A DNA stretch of 64,000 nt, from assembly GCF_031769215.1 (NCBI RefSeq), contig NW_026782001.1, forward strand, positions 868,001 to 932,000, given 5' to 3'. The number at the start of each line of letters is the position of its first letter. The stretch's first letter is position 1. Under the pieces are notes generated by a model. It saw only the letters and a list, made by a program, of their open reading frames with translations. It did not search any database and was not told where the DNA came from. A program made the translations under genes and the position numbers. Of this stretch, positions 12,906-23,500 are shown in pieces. This DNA comes from Ylistrum balloti. Lineage: Eukaryota.

Positions 12906-13148
12906 TCTTTCGTTTTTAAGGAAAGAAATTGAAAATATAAAGCTTAGTCGTCTGTTACGACCATGCACTGGTGCAAATTTTAGGCGTTCCCATACACGTG
13001 ATTGATGCATGGTAGTGTACAGGTCGGGTGACTTAAACATCCTTACATAAGATGGATTTATGTAGAATCGCTGTTCAATAATAGTGTTGTAAGGACTATT
13101 TGAAACTATATAAATAAAATTACATACATTTTGCGTCCAAATTCGGAT

Positions 13149-13204
13149 GAATCGAAATATTTTTCACTGTCACTTGAATTTCGAGATAACGAATTTCAAC
13201 TGTA
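13149..13204. mobile_element. Single terminal inverted repeat of a Tc1/mariner-pogo-type MITE (truncated)
   Basis: Ends TTCGAGATAACGAATTTCAACTG-TA, i.e. TA-CAGTTGAAATTCGTTATCTCGAA on the minus strand, a TA-flanked CAGT terminus. No partner terminus found. Confidence 0.35.
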
Positions 13205-14304
13205 TGTGCATAGTTTTGAATAAAGGGTTGTGAAGTCAATGAATCCAGTAGAAAGAATGCAGGTCCGTAATAATGTTTTCATTTGTGACAGATGCACGCA
13301 TATGCAAATTATGAACACTTGTCTGGTTAAGAAATTTGGCGTTTTGGAACTTAGGTCTATATGTAGTGGCTTTCGTTTGTATTTTTTACACTCCTCAGCG
13401 GTCTTACACGCAATCATAATCCAGTTCTAGTGTAGTTTGGAACCAGAACGATGATGTTTTTGTTCGGGTATAATGCTTAAAGAATATTTTTGAAAACATA
13501 ATGCTTTAACGGTTGGAAGATTATCTTACACAAAACGAAATACATAGTGTGTGTACATGTCTTCGCCACGTCGTTAATAAAATTTAAAACTATTATATGC
13601 TTTTACAAAACGAAAGAGCTAATTATTTGGATTTTTTGCCATCGAATCTGACACAGTCGTTTTTTGTGCTGTGACGGTTAAAGACTGAGCGAATTTCAAT
13701 ACCAACGAAGATGCCTTATGCAAATTACATATGTCATTCTATGATCATGAGGTCATGGATTCACGTGCGCAACTCACATGCAAATTAGGACAAAGCCCGG
13801 ATGCTGATGAAAATGGCTGTTCGGAGCGGATACAATTTATTATGGAAAGCTATCTAGTAATTGAAATGGTATTGGTAAGGTTCGTGATGTTGGATAATCG
13901 CGATCATCATATCAATTTCATTTCCTCGAATTACTTTCAGGATGTATAATTGTATTAATTGTTATCAAGTTCATGAATTATTAAGCATGACAGCACGCAG
14001 AGTCATAGTGCATAATCTTGTAATATCGCACTTCTGATTCGATACCTTATGATCCAGATTAACTCGCATATTGGTCGCCAATCTATTACTTTTACAGCTG
14101 AAGGATTTCTTTTCGTTAACTTACACATAACTTTACAAATTTACCATCTTTTTCACCATCCAGAAATGTTTGAAATGATCCTCATGCTTAAATATAAGTG
14201 ATCTTTGGGCGAGAATAGGCTGGTGACCAGTAGCGAGTATAACACTGAGGAAAACATGTCCGTGACTTATGATAACTAATTTACACAAATTTTCACAAAA
14301 GAAT

Positions 14305-14310
14305 TTTATT
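14305..14310 (-). promoter_or_regulatory. Candidate distal poly(A) signal of the fj-like gene
   Basis: AATAAA on the minus strand followed by U/GU-rich TTTTGTGAAAATTTGTGT; coincides with the step in CpG density. Other AATAAA copies exist nearer the stop codon, so the end is inferred. Confidence 0.4.
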
Positions 14311-16683
14311 CTTCAATATTTTTTTAAAATCTCAACAATTTCATTCAACATATACAAATAATTTATATGACATAAAACATTACTGTAGTAAAATTGTTAA
14401 AACAAAAATGTTACAGTAGACAAATGCAGGTTGTTTTTTTAGATTTATAGATTTATACTGTATGTATGTGAAATGGTTTAGTTAGGTAATTCATTAAATC
14501 TTTCTCTGAAGTCTTTATTTTAAAAAACGAAACTTTTTAATGTGCTATTATTGAAAACAAAAATAAATTTGAAAAATAATCATCAGTTTGTTACATTGGA
14601 CAAATATGATATTTTGAAAAAAAAATTATTACACTTTTCATAGTCACACTCTTGATCTGGGCAGGGATGTGTATGATGAATTCTGTTATATGTCCCAGAT
14701 CTAGTCTATCTTCTTCAAAGAAGAAAACAAACTAGTACTTTTCAATTAAGATAAAATTGATAAAAATGTATCATGAATGTTCCTGTGATATTTAGATATA
14801 AACCAAATACTTGTCCTGTATATAGATAAATAGTACCTATGTACAATGGATTTCACTAATCTTCATTGTCTCAGGTTTCAGTATTTTGCGGCATGGTACA
14901 TTTTCAGATGTGAACACAATTATTTCTTTTTTGTCCTTTACTACACTGAATGGGAAGTTCAGAAAATTAAAATGAGAAATAAGTGAATATCACAATAGAT
15001 TCTGTTTGGATTTCTTTCAGTAAGAATTTTTCTAATGAAAAATATGTCACATGGTGAAAATGACCTATACATTACGTAATTGATATCATAATGATTTGGA
15101 TTTCTTATATTCTGATTAATGTCATCTTTAAAATGGTTGGGTTGAAGTGATCACGTAATACAATATCAAACAAGCTGGATTTCTTCATATTATGAACGTG
15201 TTCAATAGTTACAAATAAAACTGTCAAATAAATTGTGCTGAAAATATTGACAAGACCAGTTGAAAAGTTTTCTTCAACATTCATTTATATCTTTTCCTGT
15301 AGAATTTTCAGTTAGATAATTTGAATGCGGATAAGAAGCTTTAAAATTTTTGAATTCCTCATTTTTGAATCAGCTGAGCGAATGAAAAGTAATATTTGCA
15401 CTTAGTGCAGTGAATTTTAAACACCAAACCAGTTGTTAAAAAGAAGTATTCACTGAAATGCACAGAATGGCCCCAAGAAAACAGTTCTGTATTTTTTATT
15501 AACATTAGACACACTATGTTTACAGCAAATGATTATGAACAACTATTTGCTGCATGACATCTCCAACAATTAGAAATAAAGTGTTTGACTATGTTGGTGT
15601 AAAGAACATATATGAAGCTTTTTAAAGAGTAACACTTATCTTAAAGATGCTTTTTGAAATTCTAGTTTGGAACTGAAAGCACATTCCTTGTGAAAATATA
15701 TGATTTGACTAGCACAGTACAAAGACATATCTACACTATTAGCTGAGTTATCTCCCTTGTTCCTCAATAACTTCCAATTATCATCAATTACAGAAGAGTT
15801 TCCTCCACTTGATTGAGAGTTTTTGTGTTATGTTATATTCTTTAAAATCTTTTTCTGGAACTTGATGAATGTATTTATACTATTTTGCTATAGATTCAAT
15901 AAAAACCTCTAATAATAAGCATTAGCTAACAGGTCAAATGTGGTATATTTCTTAGGTTTATGGATTTCTTACATTTTACAATATCATCCCACATTAATGG
16001 TGCCCATTTGTGATTTATTCTATTCAGGGGTCATTGTCTTGTTTAAAGGAAATTGTTCAAACCTAATTTTGATAGAATTTCTTGTTTTGGGGTTTTGAAT
16101 CTTCAGATTGTTCTCCAATTTAGGTAGATAACTTGGATGTTTTCCAAAGAGCATCTTCATACTTTAGGGCATATAGCTAACAAAGTCAAGACAAAAAAAA
16201 AATCATCTCAAGTGCAGATTTTGTAGTAATCATAATAAGCAACAAGTATGTGTTAAAACTTGGTTCACACAAAATAGAATCTATTGGCATCAATTTTCTT
16301 TACTGAAAGCCTTTTAAAGTTTATTTTCGTTGCAATGCAGTATAGAACATAATTAATTGATAGTTTGAAAAAAAATATCACAGTTTCAATAATGCAACCA
16401 GGACCAGTTGTACAAAGCATCAACAGCTTTACACTTTTTTTTAAAAAGATTGAGTTACCTTATCATATCAGAACTAAAGATGGTATGTCGATAAGGATGA
16501 CATTGAATTTATGAAGATGAGACGTTATTTTCAACATTTTACATAAAAAAAGTTGGAACACCAATTTCAATTCATGTAGTCAAGGGTGTAATTTAAGACT
16601 CCGGTGTATTGAGCTATCACTTCAGCATAAAATTTGATTTACAAAGTTTTTTTCATGTATGTATTGGGAATATTAATACAAGT

Positions 16684-16875
16684 TAAACAACAATAACAGG
16701 TTTCGAGTATGTTTCTTCAATTTTATCAGATTCTCGTCGGCTTGTTTCATCCTTCTTGGGATTCATTAAGACCAGGTTCTGATGACGAGGTCCTGATGAA
16801 GCATGGGAAGAGCAAAACATGTTGATGAGTATCAAATAGAATTGAAGAAATATACTTGGAACCTGTGGTTGTTTA
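16684..16875. other. Long imperfect inverted repeat (77-bp gap-free stem, 15-nt loop) in the inferred fj 3' UTR
   Basis: 16697-16773 pairs with 16865-16789 without indels: 55 Watson-Crick, 12 G-T, 5 A-C and 5 other mismatches. An outer 8-bp helix pairs 16684-16691 with 16868-16875. Confidence 0.9.
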
Positions 16876-17147
16876 CCTTCTTTTGATCTACACTACGACA
16901 CAAACACCTTGCGTATCTTCAGGTATGCAGTCGGAGAGTAATGGATCCGCCCAATTACAAGTCACGGTGTTGGCTTTACCTCTTGTATCTTATCAGGTGT
17001 ATTGTTTTAAATCTGAAGACATATCGTGTAAGTACTTTTGATAGTATAATATGTTCTCCATTGTATGTATCCTTTCTGTGTAATGCCAGCAATTCTTGGT
17101 ACAATTGATTCTGGTTGAATAGAACTTTAATAATTAGTAACGAGTTG

Positions 17148-17589
17148 TCATCTCAGCTCATTACTCACATTAGAATTACAAGTTTTAACCCAATCAGACA
17201 CTTCCGATACTCTCTCTTTAAATCTCGTCTGGAAAAGTTTGAAAATGGAATCTTTTGGAAACACATCAAGTAAAGGTTCATGTTTTCTAGCGAACTCCAG
17301 AAGTACTTGCTCTGGTTGTAGCATCATATTTAGTCTGACTAGTGATTCCACAATTGTCCTTGGAAATATACAAAAAGTCTGCAGCATGTCACGATGGAAT
17401 TTGAGAAATTTTTCACCACCATAACCGTTGCCATTGTGATACATCAGATCATAGGCATCTAGAAGACCACTTTCATTGTCTATCAACCAAAGTTTGGAAG
17501 TTTTTATAGATTTTCTTAGGTTACGTATATTCTCTGATATAATGCTTGGCTTCTTTTCCTTGTAAGCTGCATCTTGCATGCTGGCAACC
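17148..17589 (-). CDS. fj: fj-like terminal coding exon 5 (DNE metal-binding motif)
   Basis: Acceptor tttttttatttcctacag|G at 17590. Encodes RVASMQDAAY...LWLIDNESGLLDAYDLMY...NELR, with stop TGA at 17150-17148. Confidence 0.92.
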
Positions 17590-20500
17590 CTGTAGGAAAT
17601 AAAAAAAACATATTGATGTTCCTAGTGCATATCAATGTTACATAAAATCAAAATAAATCATGTAGGAAATTTAGAGTATTGAAACCTTTTTCACTAAACA
17701 TTGATAATAAAAAATCATTTTATGACATTGACCAAGAAAAAGGGATACAGTCCATAGGGACCATTTCATTAAAGGTTTAATTTAAATCAGATTAAATGAC
17801 ACCAGAGTATCTTTATCACATGTATATTGGCAATCAATTGAGCTTATTGCTATACTGTAGTGAAGCAAAGGGAAGTAACTCTTGGGAGATCAGAACATAG
17901 TCTTGACTTCTTTTTTTATTTTTGGATAATTTTTCATGATCTTATACTGTAGGTAATGTACTAGTATACAGACATTACACAACCTTTATACACACCTGTC
18001 ATAGTTGCCAGTGAGGTAGTCAAACAAGATCATGCCTCCCCACTGGAATAGTTGGGACAGTTGAGTTGTGGTGAGGTTGGAATTCTTTATTGATGCCTGG
18101 TTTATCACAGATTTCTGCTCATATTTTTCCAGAATAAACTGAGGTATTTTGACTAGAGAGCTGCAAAATAATATAAATTATGTTACCACATGTTCTAAGC
18201 ATCCAATTATTTTTTCCTAGAAATCCAAGTTTTCCGGTTCGAGGTAATGTCAATGTGTCTTCTAATTTGTAATATTGAAATGATCATATGATGATGACAT
18301 CGTTGTACAACTTGTGATGTCAAATAATGTCAGAACTATTTGAATTTTCCATTTGATTGTGCACATTTGACTTTCTATCGCACTTAAACTGATTATGGTA
18401 ATTTGATTGGGGGTGGATTTCTTTGACAGGCATCTTTTGTCCACAATAATTTAATTGTAAGATGTAGGTGTATTTGATAACTTTTTGAAGGTTTTGAGTA
18501 AGTTTGACATGTAAAATGTCTTGTACTCCTGAACAGAAGTCTTAAAATCTTGATCAAGTCAACGTTTAATAAATGTGATTACAAGCTTCTAATGGAAGAA
18601 GGAAAATACCTGTCTGTTTTAGGCTTCAAAGATTGATTTATGAATGATTAATTTTTTCTGGCAACAAACTATTATGCTAATGAACATTATGTATCACTGT
18701 GTAGTTCGGAACTTTATTATGAGTTGTAATTTACCGTGAGCTTTCCATGTTAGGTATCCATTGGATAAGAGCGACAACCTTGCCGTCTTTCCAGTCGACC
18801 TTGCTGTAGTTGGTGGTGAGCCATCTAGGAGAGGTCTGGTTTGTGATGGACAGGACAACTGCAGGCACGCTATCCAGTCCCAGGAGTCGAGAAAGGTAGA
18901 ATGACAGCACCTCACCTGTGTAGCAATAAAAGTTAATCAGATAAGTGAGTTCCTTGTTATTTGCTTGGTACTGTTTTCAAGATCTTCTGTCAATTGAAGT
19001 TTTATTGTTCATCAGTTAATGAATTTCTTTCTTGAATATCTACAAGCAACATTCTTTTAATTTCTGCATATGTTTTCCATCAAAGACAATATTGCAAAAA
19101 TAAACTTTGTTTTTAGGGAGGTTACTTTACAGCACATGATGTTCCAATGGTAAACAATACTGCCATTTCAGATGGAAAGCCCAGCCTTATCTGCATGGTG
19201 TAATATTTTGATGTATATGAAGAAAGTAATTTTGTTGTATGGGTTACTTTTCACTATGTTAAGAAAAAAAATTCTGTGATGTAAATTTCATGTTCACTGT
19301 TGCATTTTAATTCTTACCAAGCACCATTTTGTTGTGAGGCTCTCGGTACCTGGCACACATGTGCCTCCCATCCTCCAGGGTAACAAAGCTGTTCTTAGGG
19401 CGCCCACATTTGTCCCAGGCCGGAGGGTCAAGGTACTGTACTCTCTGATCCCGCACTGACGATATATAGTCTAGTGTCTCTTGGAATGTGTGACCTGTTA
19501 ACAAAAAATTCTTATGTACAAACACCGTCTTTCATACTGATTAGATGTGTGGTTTGGGATATTCCATACACTGTGCAAAGGGAAGTTGTTGTAATGATAA
19601 GAAAATGTAAACAAATTGAAACAGTATTTTTTTGATATGATGCAGCGAAACCCACTTGATATCATGTTCCACCTGTCAGGGGGAAATGTGGTATTAAGCA
19701 GAATGTGACATTAACTGTTGACATATTTTTGTGGATGTCTAAACCCGGATGTTAATTTTCAGATGTGCCAAACTGACTTGTCTCTAAAGAAATTGTTTGA
19801 AGACAATAAATTTGTAATTTGATTTATTTTTCCCACAAGAAAACTGATTTTTTAAAAACTTTTATTTGTTTATTCTTTAAAATATCAAAACTGCTATCAT
19901 AAAGTATCGTGAGCAACATTCTGATATTATGACCAATTGGGTTTCCAATCTTTATTTCATATGATATGTTTTTCACCCTGACGAATCATGCTAGAAAAAT
20001 GAGCAAAGCCCAGTGAAGCTTTGTGGGGCAGGTGTGATAATTTTCTATGATAAATTATGCTTAATCCAGGCTTCATTACATGAACCTGAAGTTCAAATCA
20101 GTTATTTTAGCATATTAAGCTTTGTATCAGAAATGTGTTCTCGTAAATTTAGAAATGACGACATTTACAATGACGACATTGACATGCCGTGGTTTTGTGT
20201 CTAATGGGCCATTGTAAAAAGAAATAAAACAACACAATTTATCAAAACCTACGGTTCATGGTTGATTATTTTCAGAAATGTCTCTTGCAAAATAATCTTT
20301 TTTATTTTGAAATTGATCCTGGTATGCATACTAAAGACTTATTTTCGAGAAGTTTTGGAGGACTTAGCGGCATGGAGGGTATGAGGTGTTAGACATACAT
20401 TGGTTGATCACAAAATAAGAGACTTGTTGATTTTGCAGTTATTAAAAAAAAAATATAAGCATTTTGATTATTTTTTTAATCGTGTAGTCAGTTTTACCTA

Positions 20501-23500
20501 GCATAATGAGTAATGCTGTGTTCAACTGTTTATACTTGGTAGTTATGTTTCCATGATAATAGATTTTAAAAGAAATGAAAGTAAACAATACTTTAAACAT
20601 ATCTATCAATATTTTTCAGAATGTGATTCATTGAAATGGGTTTCTCATTTTGTAAAGACTTCAAAAATGTGAATACATGGGAGATAACTAGAGTTATATC
20701 AAGATATGATTTAAAGGGTAAGGGAGACCACTCTTGTTGTCTTGAGTCAATTAATGTGCCTATTCATCTAATCCTTTGATATAATTGGTTAAAGGAGTTT
20801 TTTGGTATTGTTATATGGCTGTCTGTTCTATATAACAGTCCTTGTGACACTATTAACACTGAGTCTACAAAATCAATTAATAGGAATGAAACACCAATTT
20901 CTGTTCAGTTTGAAGTACATGTGAATCTGGTGATGATGTGCTACACAGGAGTAAGTGTTTGATGTGTCATAACTCAATACTGAAGGTTATTTGGCTTTTG
21001 AAGTCAGAAGTATATATAAATAACATTCTAAGTTGATAAAATCTGATACCATTTTTCTGCCATTAATGAACAGCCTTTTTATGATTCCTAGTAAATTCTA
21101 CATGAAAATAAGTTCGTCAAGCGGAACGTTATGTAAAATTGTTCGCAGATTGATTTCCATCAAGGGATGGTATAGTGTTTATGTTGGTTATCTACCCGTG
21201 TGTGGCCTACTTTGTAATTTCCTATTTAGTCAATATGTGTTTTGCTTATCAAAGGCAGTAAGAGTTCACCACATATGGAGTGAATCATAATCGTGGGGCT
21301 GTGTATAACTATAAGAGCAAATTGGCCATTATGTTTTTTGGTATGAAAATTAAGTGTCAAAACCACAATATTTCTAATGAATACCAGTCTCTGTGGTGGC
21401 TGATGTCACATTTGATAAACATATGTGACATAAAAATGTTGATTCAGAATGAGAGAGGAAATTTTAATGGAAGAAGATCATATAAATTACATTTGGAGTC
21501 CTGGTGCCAGACATAAAAAAATAGATTCATTTATTCATACATGGTCAGTCTTGATATTATAAACGTTCAGCTGTGAAATACTGTTATTTCTAAAAGCTTT
21601 CAGAAATGGATGCTGAATCATTGTACTTACTAGGATATATCAAAAGTTCAGTTCTTTGTAAAGTCAATTTGCAACAGCACAAAGTGATGATAACCCAACT
21701 TTTAAGGGATATTTTCACCAGATATAATGTGCTTTTGAGGTAGGGTGTCATAAGTGCTTGGCAAAAATATAATTAATTTTCTTTTGTGGAAACAAAGCTA
21801 ATGAAATGAGTTTAGGATGTATCTAATAGCAATCTTAGAATCAGATTTTTAATTTTACATTAATAAATGTTGGAATGAATCGGTGACTGACCTAGTAAGT
21901 AATTAGAATCCAAATTGTAATTAGCTGATAAGGAGAAATCCTTCCTTGAGCTAGTTATCTTAGGGATGGTAGTATCGGATCACTCACCATGCTGTTCTCC
22001 TTCAGGGAAGGTAATCAGCTTTTAATGAATATGGATGGTGGTGTATGTGTGTGAAACTATATGTCTGTCATCAACATATTGATTGATGGATGTTAAGTTC
22101 AGCCAGAACCCTCTTCTACAAATGAGGCACCACAGATGATTTCATCATATAGTTTCACTTCCTGGGTTGTGGTACGGTCCACAGAAACATGAGGTCCCAC
22201 AAGTATATACTAGCTCATATAGTGGTTTGATACAAACTTATGGTGTCCTCATATATGATAACTTATTTACACTCGTGGAGCATGAGGGATGAAAGTTGAT
22301 GATAGGCTTTTACAACAACTTCTATGTCCACAGCTGAGGATTAGCGGAGATGACATAATTTATAAAATAATGTTAACCAATGTGTGTATAAATATTTATA
22401 CTTTAGGTGTTATTTCCAAGGGGTTCAGTTACTCATCATTTTTGAAGAATGGAAATGAAATTGCGAAAAAAATACACACATTGTCAATAGAATTAAAAGA
22501 GACGAGAGACCTAGGGGCCTAAATGGTCACCTGAGTGAACTTATACACAGAAACAGTTGGAATGAATATGTAGTATAGAGAAGAGAAAATAAGAAGTGTT
22601 ATTTGTTAAGGGAGAGAAGAGTTTTACCTTAAGACCCTTCCATCTATGAAGAGTATTTGATTCTACCCCATTTAGATATTTTTTGAAATTTCAGTAGATT
22701 TTAAACTTTTTGACTATGCCCATCAACTCCTGGGGTTCAGCCAGGGTCATTATGTGCTAAACGTGGAACTGCCGTCTTATCCAAACAATACTTGTCAATT
22801 TCTATCTATTTCCTATTGAAAGTAAACAAACTATGCTTGAAAAAGGTAAGCTTCCTATGTAAACTGTATTAAAACTTTACCCTTTCTAAAGGGGAAGTGT
22901 AAAACCCCTGGCCATGAAATTTACAATTTGGGTAAAGGTCTATACAACACTTCCATCCCTTAAGTATAGTTTATTCTACCCTATTTTGGTATTAAAAAGA
23001 TTATTTTTTAAAATTTCAGTCAATTTGCTCCTTTTTGGTCCTGCCTCTCTGGCCTCTTGGGGTGGGGATCATATAATTTACAAGTTTGGTTTACATGTGG
23101 CTGTGGAAGGCTTCTGCCAAATTTCATTGAAATCAATATAGGGGTTTTCCAGGAGAGGTAAAATTATAAAATGTTTACAGAAGCATGATGGATGCTGGAT
23201 GTCAGACAATGGATGGTGCCGGACTAAATGGTATTGCAAAAGGTCGCCATGAGGTGTTTTCACAGGTGATCAAAAATACATTGTTTCACGAAATCTTTTT
23301 GCCAAGCTTTCAATAAAACTGAAAATTCATACCATCAGAAAATTCATTTTAATTTACAATATTGAAAAGAAATCAATTTATCTGTTTCTTTTTGTAGACA
23401 GAAAAGTATCAACAAACAATTAGGTTGTTGTTAAGCATTGCTTACAGTTAAAAACATGTTGTTTGTGTGATTTGATTTGTATATTTTTTTAAAAGATGGT

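Noticed and set aside
16779-16796. C/D box snoRNA (UGAUGA...CUGA)
   Set aside because: The boxes are only 7 nt apart with no room for guide elements, and the location is UTR rather than intron.
16792-16823. Hammerhead-like CUGAUGA...AAAC-AUGUU inside the hairpin
   Set aside because: The essential G of GAAA is A (GCAAAAC), stem II has at most 2 bp, stem I is weak, and the bases are sequestered in the long stem.
17127-17150. Stop-codon readthrough at UGA-CAA of fj
   Set aside because: The context is leaky-type, but it would add only ~7 residues before UAA, and the hairpin is too far away to act as a stimulator.
17239-17424. Plus-strand ORFs overlapping fj exons (also 31398-31628)
   Set aside because: Antisense shadows of real coding sequence.
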